64,000 nt of DNA from Utricularia gibba (lineage: Eukaryota > Plantae > Magnoliophyta). The position numbers and the translations under genes are program-made. The DNA lies in contig NEEC01000011.1 of assembly GCA_002189035.1 (NCBI GenBank), positions 3,162,001-3,226,000 on the forward strand. The letters run 5' to 3'. Positions 1 through 10,186 of the stretch are shown piece after piece (within the stretch, counting starts at the first letter, position 1; each line of letters begins with the position of its first letter). The notes beneath the pieces were generated by a model. The model was not told the DNA's origin. It worked only from the letters and a program-made list of their open reading frames with translations, and searched no databases.

Positions 1-1782
1 GGTGTTCGTGCTAGAGCGACCATTCGTTGGCAGAGATCGTCTGTTTTTCCTTGAAGGGACTGATAGCGATCCACCTGTTTGCTGAGAAGTGATATCAGCA
101 TTGCATTGCCTTCACTCTCAGTGCTCCCACATTCTTGCTTTCCCTTCAACCTTTCGAGTACTAGAAGTTGCTGCTTCAGCCTCTTTATCTTGTAAGTAAC
201 TCCGAGTGCATGAAGGTCTAGTTTCCTGGTGGAACCGTTGAATTCAGTTCTCTTTCTGGTGCAGGCAACATCATTTGAGACTATAATCGAATGGGGAGCT
301 GCATCGACCACCGCATCCTTATTAGGATATTCAATAGCCAAAACTACGTCATCGAGCTGATCATCACTAGGGTATTTCTCCACCTTAACTTCTTGCATTT
401 CATCTTCTGGAGTGCTGTTGACGAAGCTTTCTTCGTAGCAGATAATGCTGCGGTTAGTGGCTTCTTCGCTCGGAGATGAATTGAACTCCTGCTTGTGGAG
501 ATCTGGAGAACTTTGACTCGCTAACTGCTTTTGTTTCAGTGCATGCAGCTCTCTCTTTTGATCTAGAGTCTGTGCCTCGAGCTTCATGTTCTCCTTCCTC
601 AGCTGTGCAAAGTCTCGTTCCAGTGCATGGACGTATGATCGCAACTCCTCTGTTTCTGCTTCGGTTTCCAACAAACTAGATTGAAGGGCTTTCAGGCTTT
701 CATCTTTGAGTCTGAGTCGCTCAACAAAAGCTTCTATCTCGACATTATACCTTCCCCATCTTCCTCCTCCAAATCTGCTTCGTGTTCGTCGCTTGCGGCG
801 GCGATCAAATACGGTTCGGATGCAAGGGAAAGCATGCCATTTCCTCTTCTCATCTCAGGTTGATCATAACTTTCCATTTGGTTAAACAGCAAGTTTTTGA
901 ACAAATGTTTCTCATTCTTGGACTCTTTCCACTTCTCTGCTTCTGGCTTTCTTGCTTCCTCATCTTCCTTATCGATTTAAATCCCTTCAAAGGAAACTGT
1001 CTGTCTTCCTCAGACTTCCCCCGGATAGCAGATAGCAACTGGTCCTTTTGCTCCAATTCCCTGCGCAGCTCCGTTAGCTCAGCAGACAATCTCTGGTTCA
1101 TGGCCACAGCTTTCTCCTTCTGCTCCCTTACCGGATTCGCTGCTTCGAGTCGTCTCTCAGCCCGGTTCAGCTCCGCTTGAAGCTGTCTCTGAGCTGAAAC
1201 AAGCTCTATAATGGCGGTCTTGTGCTTCATAATGTGCGCTGAATGGCGCTCAGCTTCGTGCCTTGCAATTTCCCTCAGCTCATCAACAGCAGTCTCAGCT
1301 GCAGTGGCCTTTTCCTCCATCTCCCGTCTCCTCTCTTCGATTTCTTCGATCTGTACATCCTTTTCCAGCACGAGACTCTCACTTTCCTCCAGCCTTCGCC
1401 TTAACTCAGATGCGCATTTTTCACCATCTGCCTCAACTGCTCTCACTTCATGCATAAGTAACTCTATCTGTTGCCTGAGGATCTTCCTCTCATTGAACCA
1501 GCTCTGCTCTTTTGCAGCAAAGATGCTCACTACCCTCTCATTCGCCTTTGATTCTTCATTTCTTCGTTTGATCAATTCCTCGATCTGTCTTTCAGCGGTT
1601 TCCAGCTTCCGAACACTCCACAGACATGCTCCAAATAGATATGAACAGCAAAAGCTGTGTCTCTCAGGCTCAGATGAGACATTTAGAGCAAAAAATGCAC
1701 AAGAAACACCAAGAAACACAGGGTAGAAACTGTCAATCCTCTCCTGATACGCAGCAGGAACAGAGGCTGCATCTTCATCCAT
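1..1782 (-). CDS. Long coiled-coil protein of a conserved plant family (recalled as the 'RNase P p38-related'/golgin-like family); 3' end runs off the window; apparent -1 frameshift at ~948-950
   Basis: ORF 850-1782 starts MDEDAAS...SFYPVFLGVSCAFFAL and is heptad-rich. After ...KMRKQ the protein-like reading continues in another frame (EAEKWKESKNEKHLFKNLL...) and stays open to base 1, including LDLHALGVTYKIKRLKQQLLVLERL and KQVDRYQSLQGKTDDLCQRM. Confidence 0.7.
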
Positions 1783-3464
1783 GACCCAATCTTTATGCTA
1801 ATTCTGAAACTCACAAGTAGAAGATGATCGATAGATCATGTTTTTGCATGAAACGCATACACAACAACATCATACCAAGTTCAATCTCCTCCCAAAGCTA
1901 AAATCAAGCATCAAAACCAGAAATGAAGGAGACCCAGAAAAGGAAGACGACGAAGAAGTGCTCACCAAACACTTCGACTTCTTCAGAAAACTCCCAGCAG
2001 CAGAGAAGGCTCTGAATCTGCTTACATTCCAAAATGGAAGAACCACCGCGACAAATGATAACAGTCTGATTAGCTGCACTTACAGATGCATACGCAAAGG
2101 CAACCCTTCCACTTCCCCCTCGTTAACATAAGCAGAAATAAAGACACCCTTCGCCTGCCTGAGAACAATTCTCTAGTTTTCAGTGCGGACCCCCTTCAGA
2201 TTCCTCCTCGGCGCTACGCATTAACGGAGTTCCTGCAAGCACGCTCCCCTGGGCTCGGATTTGTAGGAGCTGCAGAGGAGGGAGAGAACAAGATCACATC
2301 TTTTAGGTAACCAAGTTTCAAGGTGACAAGAACTGATCGAGGATCCTCAAGTATGTGAACGTGGACGACAACCTTGACATCAACATATTCCACCCTGTGC
2401 TCCTATTAAAAATAATAGTAATAATGCATGCCGTGGAATTAAAATAAAAATATTAATATAAAATTATACCTCTCCACTTGTTATTTTTATTATAAACCAA
2501 TGTTTTATAATTACATGATATATGTCTATATAAATACAGATAATTCAAATACAAGTGTACTGCCCAAGGAAGGGTACAAATACCTAAGGTAAATACCATA
2601 TTGTATATATGATGCAGAGTAATATTTTATATGAAGGAACTTTAGATTTTCTTTCTATAAGATTAGAAAGTAAAATGATGAAGGTTGAATGATCGAAATG
2701 GATTATTATTAAAGTCAAACCTCAACGATCATCTTGAGTTTCTAATCCAAAAAAGAATGTAATAAAATTAGATGAATTTTACATTGATTATGTAGGGTTA
2801 AAATAGACTAATATAAGGTAATTTTATTAAATTAATTTGTTATTGTTCATCTTGTAATATTTATATAAGAGAGGGTGACAACGTCATTTAAATATTAAGA
2901 AAAGGAAAAGAGGGGCATTAAATCGTAAAAAGAAAAAGACAAGCCTCGGTGTCCGTGGGATTGAATGAACTGGAAATCGACGGCAATCCAACCAACTTGC
3001 TGTCTCCACACAGAAACGAGGGAGGGAAGAGAAGGGAAGGGAAAAAAAGGGAAGGAAACAAGATGTGATTTTGATGCCTCCTGGGGCTGCTTTAGCTTCT
3101 TTCTCCTCCTCCCTTATCCTGCTCTTTGTTTCATTTCATTTCTGAAACCTTTTTTTTTCCTCTTCTTCCCTCAGTTCTTCCTCCAAGCACAAAACAAACC
3201 GTGGATTTGGAAAGCGAGAGGAAGAAGAAGACGAAGAAGGAGAATATAGCATCGCAGAAAGGGAGGTTTGGGTCATACAAAATCTGGGTGGATTCGAACT
3301 AATGTCACGTCCTTTTGAGTTGGGAATCTGATAATTTGTAAATAGGGTAAAGAATATTTCTGGGATTGATTTCAGCCAAACCTTGGTCTTTTGCAATTGG
3401 GGTTTACATTTCTCATGCGTTTCTTGTGTTAGGATTTGGATCTTTCGATTTGGTAGCCAAAAAA

Positions 3465-5001
3465 ATGGCAACTCTTGACGTAGAAAGTGTGGATTGTGTG
3501 TCGTCAATAGATGGGGTTGATGATGAAGAGTTTCAAACTTCATTCTCATCCAATCATCGGAATCCTCATCACCTGCATTCTTCGAAACTTCAAAATAGAT
3601 TGACTTCTGTGGCTGGGCTGCCTCCTACTAGCGTCCATGAACTGTTGGAATGCTCTGTCTGCACTAACTTTATGTACCCACCAATTCATCAGGTCCGTTT
3701 ACACTTGTTGCTTCTGCTTTGTTGTGGTGATATCTCTGTGTTTTTGCATATATTCCTTATTTTTTTTGAAGAAGAAGATCTGAGACAGGATCCATGAAAT
3801 TTGCATGATGATCTATTGTATCTAGAAGATGGTCCCTGCCCTGATCTCTCGAACAGTGTTTTAGGTTCTCAGTTAATTGACAAATTTTTGGTTGGAATAG
3901 TGCCCCCTATGTTGATGTTGAACAACAGTAGTAGTCAGCATGAATGTGAAAACTTTGTCCATAGACATGAGTCTTTGCAATGGTTGCCCATGTGAGTTGA
4001 TAATCCACTATGTGCATAGGATTGGATTCACAGTTTCTCTTTGCAGAAGAATTGTGATGTGATAATCGGCTTGTGGCTGCCTGTAATTGGTGATTTAGGA
4101 GTTCACTGGAATATGTTTGATTCACCAACTCCACCCTTTTTGAACAGTGTCACAATGGGCACACTCTCTGCTCCACCTGCAAAACAAGGGTGCATAATAG
4201 ATGCCCTACTTGCAGACAAGAACTGGGGGACATCAGGTGTTTGGCTCTGGAGAAAGTTGCTGAGTCGCTGGATCTACCTTGCAGGTACTACTCGTTCGGC
4301 TGCACTGAAATATTTCCCTACTACACCAAGCTTAAACATGAAGCAGTATGCAACTTCCGACCATATAACTGCCCCTACGCTGGATCTGAATGCATTGTGA
4401 CTGGAGACATTCCTTACTTGGTTGCACACCTCAGAGATGATCACAAAGTGGATATGCATAGCGGGTGCACCTTTAACCACCGCTATGTTAAGTCAAATCC
4501 TCGTGAAGTCGAAAACGCTACATGGATGTTGACAGTCAGTCCAGTGATTTCTCTGCTGCTGGTTCTGTTATAGTTTTATCATCATTAGTGCAAGAATGAG
4601 CCGATGTATGTTTTTCCTTGATTCATCAGGTATTCCATTGTTTTGGTCGATACTTCTGTCTCCACTTCGAAGCATTCCAGCTGGGAACATCCCCAGTTTA
4701 CATGGCGTTCCTTCGTTTCATGGGCGATGAAGTTGAAGCCCGCAACTACAGCTACAGTCTAGAGGTAGGAGCAAACGGGAGAAAGCTCATCTGGGAAGGG
4801 ACACCAAGAAGCATACGTGACAGTCACCGGAAGGTTCGGGATAGTCATGACGGCCTCATCATCCAACGGAGCATGGCGCTTTTCTTCTCAGGTGGAGACA
4901 GAAAAGAGCTTAAGCTTCGAGTAACCGGGAAGATTTGGAAAGAGCAGCAAAATCCTGATACCGTCCCGACTTCCCTACAACAAAATTGTTCTGGTCTTTA
5001 G
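3465..5001 (+). CDS. SINAT: Seven-in-absentia (SINA/SINAT) RING E3 ubiquitin ligase, 3 exons (3465-3692, 4148-4534, 4630-5001)
   Basis: Spliced protein has RING CxxC...PPIHQCHNGHTLCSTCKTRVHNRCPTCRQELGDIRCLALEK, a SIAH zinc finger and the TRAF-like domain (VFHCFGRYFCLHFEAF...SIRDSHRKVRDSHDGLIIQR). GT-AG introns keep the frame. Confidence 0.95.
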
Positions 5002-5434
5002 AATGCTTTGGTTGAAGGAAGCTGCTGGTTCATCTTAATAGAACATGGTTTCAGAGAGTGGTAATGTGACCAAAGGGCTTGCGTTTCTACTGTGTTTTTT
5101 TTTTCTTTTTCTAATGAGAATTTCCTTTTCATCTTGAAATTAAGATTTTTCTTCTCTTCTGTCAATCTTCCTTGTGCAATTTGCATCCAGTCCAGCGCAG
5201 AAAGCTGGGAAAAAATAGAGCTTTTGCCTTTTTCTTTCTCATGGGACTTTTTTCCACTTTCGAGAGCAACTCGTTCATAAAAAAGAGTGTTTGTCTTCAA
5301 ATTTGGTCATCTTTTTCAATCTGGACTGTGACTCATCTGCCATTTCATGGAGCATCCAAGGCGCTTGGTTCTTACGAACATGCTGTGAAAGTTATCTACT
5401 TTGTTCTTTTCTGATAATCTTTTCATTCTGAGCT

Positions 5435-8400
5435 ATGGCTACTGCGGCTTATGCCTCTCTGCTTTCTGTGAGGCAAGTTATCGGCGGAATCCGTCAACTC
5501 CATGATTCTGAAAGGATAGCTCTCTGGGACACTCAGCAGCTTCGGAGTCTTGATGACATTGCTCTATCCTTACAGGAATTTCTTGAAAAAAATCGTTCTT
5601 CAGAGGCGGAGGATTTGCTTCTTCAAATCCCTGTTCTAGCTACTGAAATACAAGCTACTTTAGATGGGGAGATCGTTAACCAGCTCAAGAGAAACTTTGC
5701 TGCTGGCTTCACATGTTTTATTCGTCCTGTTGAACTCTTCATTCTCAAGGTACAAGACTCCATTAACAATGGTGGGCTATCTCCAAAAAGGAAGAAAATT
5801 GACGATTGTGGGCTTGCGCACACTGTGGAAAGCCAAAATGCCCCCGGTTCAACGATTGCATTTACCCCGAAAGACCGAATTGCTGCGGTGGGAATTTACA
5901 AAGATGTGGAATCTATAATTGATAACCTCTCTGGTTCTGATCCGCGACTTCGAACAATCATGGTTTACACAGGGGGTTTCGAAGGTATCTCCTTCTTTGT
6001 CTGCCTTCAGCGAGATCGCCGGATACAAACGAGTTTTGAGTTGTTGTTGTGGGGAGATATTTCTGATGAAAGCAGTGCACTTTCTACTCTCAGAAGCTTC
6101 GTGGGAGTAGAAAATGGGCAAGGGAGCTTCGAGGACTTAGGCGAGAAGCTGCATAAGAAGCTGTTAAATCGCAAGTATTGCATTCTGCTAAGTGATTCTA
6201 GTTACTTGTGGGAACAACTGAGGCAATATCTCCCGGATGATCGAAATGGAAGTGCAGTTATCGTGTGCACAGCATCGACGAAGTCGTATGGTACAACATA
6301 CCCCCATTATACTCTGGCAATCGATGACAAGTATAAGCTTGATGAATACACTCTGGGAATCGATGATTTTTCCAATGAAAAGTACAATCTTGTGTTGGAT
6401 CGAATCCCGAAACAGTTGTATGCGTGTGATCACACTCTTCTAGATGCACAACAGCTTCAAAGTCTCCAAGCCCAATTTGAAAGTCTACAGAGATGTATGG
6501 ATGATCATCATCACTCTCTAGGCTATGAAACAGAGTCTTTAATTCGAGAAACTCTTGCCATTGTGGTGAAATCCCGAAACCTCGCTGACCAGCTTGGAGG
6601 ATACACCGAACAAGGCTTTTCATCGGTTATTGAACCCTTGGATAAGTTGATCAAAAGACTAGATTCTATCAGGAATAGTTTGCTGCTGGTGAAGTTAGTA
6701 AATGTGGACATTTCCTCTGTGCATTCTTTTTCTGCTGATGTTTCACTTGGGAATACCAGAGATAGAGCAACTGCTGCGGTGGGATTTGACAAGCACGTGG
6801 AATGGGTAATGGAGAAGATAAAGAGTGAGGAACGGAGCCTTCAAGTCATTCCCATAGTTGGAATGGGTGGAATAGGTAAGACGACTTTAGCTCGTTGTGT
6901 TTTTGATAAAATCTCCAAGACTAGGAGATTTGATAGAGAATATTGGTGCACACTGTCTCAAGAAAGTAATGTTCTTCATGTTCTTAAAAGCATTCTGAAA
7001 GATAGGAGCCATGGAAACCAACTTGAGGATGGACATACATTGCATGAGGAGCTCAGTGGGTACAGGTACTTGATCGTGCTAGATAACATGTGGAATTCTG
7101 GTATTTACGAGCAACTGCAGCCTTATCTGCCAGAGGGTATGCAGAGTCGAATCATAGTGACCACAAGGATGTCTGATGTGGCTGATTCAGTGAAGTCACA
7201 ACACTCTTATCCTCTAGAATTTCTAAATGAGAATGAGAGTTGGACTCTATTGCAACAAAGGGTCTTTGATGGAGATGACTGCCCAGACTCTTTAGTGGAA
7301 ATCGGGAAAAATATTGCAAAGAGTTGTGGTGGGCTTCCATTATCATTAGTCACCATTAGTGGGGTGCTTTCAAAATCAAAGAGTGTTTTGAATTGGAATC
7401 GCATTGCACAAGATGTGAGGAGAGTTTATGGTGGTGGGGATTATGAGAACTGTTTCAAAATCCTATCTTTGAGTTACAGCGTTCTGCCTATCTATTTGAA
7501 AACATGTTTTCTCTACTTCGCATTTTTCTTAGAAGAGGAACCGGTCCGTGTGACTGAACTGCTCCGGTGTTGGATTTCCAGTGGATTGGTGAAGCCCGTA
7601 GAAGATCGAACAATGCAAGATGTTGCAGAAGGGTACTTGAAGGAGATGATTAACAGGTACTTGGTTTCAGTCCGGGGTGCTAATCTTATTGGGAAGATCA
7701 ACTACTGCGGCGTTCATGATCTTTTACGAGAGTTTTGCATAAGGGAAATAGAGAAAGAGAAGTTCCTTGCCACTGATATCCCGAGACTACAGATATTTGA
7801 TGCAGAAATTAAAAGCTTGTGCAACTTGTGTAGCCGATCTGTGTCCCAAGCCTGCAATTTAGACTTGGTGGGTCTCAAGGTTTGCCAAAACTGTGTCAGC
7901 AGATTCCCATATCTTTGTAGATCAAGGTTTGTGAACTTCACCTACTTCGACTGTAGAGTTGGAAGTTACGAATGGAGGAAGAAATGTGACCAGTTACTGC
8001 CTAAAGTTACTGCAATTTGCCACAGGTGCAAACATCTGTCTTCTGTCTTGGAGGAGCCAGTGATGCTCCAGTTCCCCGAGCTTTGCGAATCATGCATGGA
8101 GTTGCTATCCTCCCTTCTCTATATGTCACTTGTTCCTGAAGGGGAGGTACATTTCACTCATCCCAATCCCACCACCGTGCAGTACATCAATTGCAAGGCC
8201 AACCCATCCTTTGAAATCTTTGCATTTGGAGCTCCGTCACCGATCCTCCTTTTCTGGAACCTACAGTTCCTTGTGATCGAAGATTATTTTTTGGACTCTG
8301 AAACCTTTTTCCCAGATGAGATATGGGAGATGCAGCGACTGAAACATCTTGAAATCAGCGATTTCTGCTTACCCGAGCCAGAGATGAAAAAAAATGTCTC

Positions 8401-9064
8401 TGTTTTGAAATATCTACACAGACTCCACGTTAAAAAGCTGCCTTGGAGCGAGGAGGTTGCTAAATTGCTCCCCAATTTGATGAAGTTGAAGGTAAACGAT
8501 TGCTGGGATGTCGAGATTTTGCCAGACGAGTCTCTGCAAACCAGTAAACTCCAATCTCTCTACCTCCGTGACAGTCCAGTCTCCGCGCTGGGGAGCTTGA
8601 GCTCCCTCTGCTCACTGAAGAAGCTCTCTTTGGAGGGATTCATTTCCTACGACTGGGGAGCAATGAGCGCGATCGGCCGCTTGCCGAATCTGGAAGTCCT
8701 CAAGCTGATCGACTTCGGTAACCCAGATGGGGAATGGGACACAACAGAAGAGGAGTTCCCCAAGCTGAAGGTGCTGCTGCTCGAGGGAAGGGGCCCTGGA
8801 GTCTGGAGAGCTGAGGGCGATGCTCCTTCTTTCCCAGAATTGAAGCGGCTGATCATCACCAGAATCGGGAAGGAGCTTGAGGTCCCTCTCCAGATCGGAG
8901 ACATCCCGACGCTGTGCTCCATCCGTCTGGAATTCGTTCACCCAATCGTGATCAAATCGGTGGTGGAACTGCTGAAGGAGAACGAGATCCTGGAAGTATA
9001 TCTGGATAAAAAGCTGATCACCAAATCTGATTTGGAAGACGAGGAGAGACTGATTTGGGCGTGA
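5435..9064 (+). CDS. CC-NB(degenerate)-CC-NB-ARC-LRR immune receptor, 1209 aa, single exon, sensor-like
   Basis: P-loop GMGGIGKTTLA, YLIVLDNMW, SRIIVTTR, GLPL (CGGLPLS), RNBS-D CFLYFAFF, MHD as VHD, and C-terminal LRRs (LPNLEVLKL, FPKLKVLLL). An earlier partial NB-like copy lies at about aa 150-285. Confidence 0.95.
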   Translation: MATAAYASLLSVRQVIGGIRQLHDSERIALWDTQQLRSLDDIALSLQEFLEKNRSSEAEDLLLQIPVLATEIQATLDGEIVNQLKRNFAAGFTCFIRPVELFILKVQDSINNGGLSPKRKKIDDCGLAHTVESQNAPGSTIAFTPKDRIAAVGIYKDVESIIDNLSGSDPRLRTIMVYTGGFEGISFFVCLQRDRRIQTSFELLLWGDISDESSALSTLRSFVGVENGQGSFEDLGEKLHKKLLNRKYCILLSDSSYLWEQLRQYLPDDRNGSAVIVCTASTKSYGTTYPHYTLAIDDKYKLDEYTLGIDDFSNEKYNLVLDRIPKQLYACDHTLLDAQQLQSLQAQFESLQRCMDDHHHSLGYETESLIRETLAIVVKSRNLADQLGGYTEQGFSSVIEPLDKLIKRLDSIRNSLLLVKLVNVDISSVHSFSADVSLGNTRDRATAAVGFDKHVEWVMEKIKSEERSLQVIPIVGMGGIGKTTLARCVFDKISKTRRFDREYWCTLSQESNVLHVLKSILKDRSHGNQLEDGHTLHEELSGYRYLIVLDNMWNSGIYEQLQPYLPEGMQSRIIVTTRMSDVADSVKSQHSYPLEFLNENESWTLLQQRVFDGDDCPDSLVEIGKNIAKSCGGLPLSLVTISGVLSKSKSVLNWNRIAQDVRRVYGGGDYENCFKILSLSYSVLPIYLKTCFLYFAFFLEEEPVRVTELLRCWISSGLVKPVEDRTMQDVAEGYLKEMINRYLVSVRGANLIGKINYCGVHDLLREFCIREIEKEKFLATDIPRLQIFDAEIKSLCNLCSRSVSQACNLDLVGLKVCQNCVSRFPYLCRSRFVNFTYFDCRVGSYEWRKKCDQLLPKVTAICHRCKHLSSVLEEPVMLQFPELCESCMELLSSLLYMSLVPEGEVHFTHPNPTTVQYINCKANPSFEIFAFGAPSPILLFWNLQFLVIEDYFLDSETFFPDEIWEMQRLKHLEISDFCLPEPEMKKNVSVLKYLHRLHVKKLPWSEEVAKLLPNLMKLKVNDCWDVEILPDESLQTSKLQSLYLRDSPVSALGSLSSLCSLKKLSLEGFISYDWGAMSAIGRLPNLEVLKLIDFGNPDGEWDTTEEEFPKLKVLLLEGRGPGVWRAEGDAPSFPELKRLIITRIGKELEVPLQIGDIPTLCSIRLEFVHPIVIKSVVELLKENEILEVYLDKKLITKSDLEDEERLIWA

Positions 9065-10186
9065 TGTCACGCGAACGCCAGCATCAGTTCTCTTTGTAAT
9101 AATTTATGATTGGAGTTTGGCTCTAAACTATTCATTATAAAAAGTTTAATTCAAAATTATACCATACATACCTCAATTTGTTTTTATCATAGAATTTATA
9201 ATGATTTATGATTGAAGTTTGTTAAGATACTTCAATTTGTAAAGAGTTTAATAATGAACTTTTGAAATTATATATTTAATATTTTATATTATCAAAATTG
9301 ATCCATTTTGATACTGATATTGTGAATAATGATACATAATATAAGATATAAATACAGTATAACAATTATCACTTTGATTTATATGAGACGTGAACATAAT
9401 GTAATTCTAACATGTTATCATTTGATTTGTCTAACTTCAAATGTAAATATGAAAAACTTTAAATATTTTTGAAAATTTTTTGGTTTTTTGGTTTTAACAA
9501 TTTGAGATATTTTTTTAAATAATTTTAAAATTTAGAAATTAAATTTTTTATATTGATCTAAATTTGAAATGTTATTTGTAATTTTATTATTAAGTTATCT
9601 GTAATTTTTTGGTTTAATTATAAACTTATATAGAATAATAATTGAAATCAAGTTTAATAATTTCTATCTATAAGTTAAAATATTTTTAAAAATAATAATT
9701 AATATTTGAAATATATTGCTCAATTTTCAATTTAATAATACAGATACATAGATATAAATGCAGTCATTAAGGCAGCTGCATTTTCTTGCATAAAATATAA
9801 TATGAGGACAGCGAGTCCTTGACATTATAAAGACCCATATACATTTATTTAAATAAAAAAATATGTGGAATGTTTTTATTGGCTCTATTTTTGTATTTTA
9901 TTTGTTCTCTGGCCAATAGGGAAATTTTTGAACCTGAGGAAGAGTAAGCGCTTGTGGGTGTGGATGTGCCCTCGGGGTTCCGTGTTGTTGAGTGAACTTC
10001 TCCAGCATGCCGTGTTTTTTGAAAGAGTCGGACTCGTTTTCTGTTGAGAGTCCCGATCGGCACACAGTGAACATTTTTTTCTGGTAGTCTAGAAGTCAAT
10101 CGGCGTGATGGGTTGTTGAAGAAGAGGGAACAGAGAAGAGGTGAGGAGGAGGGAGGCGGTGGGGCGGTGGAGAGTCGAGTTTCGTT

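Noticed and set aside
782-1726. Plus-strand ORFs 782-1180 and 1211-1726, and similar Ser/Phe-rich ORFs such as 9845-10651, 26619-27185, 37984-38292 and 52465-53463
   Set aside because: Antisense shadows of real coding exons; compositions mirror Glu/Lys-rich sense frames.
1-1782. Naming the first gene an RNase P subunit
   Set aside because: The family label is only a recalled database annotation; the sequence shows coiled-coil and no RNase P or L7Ae motif.
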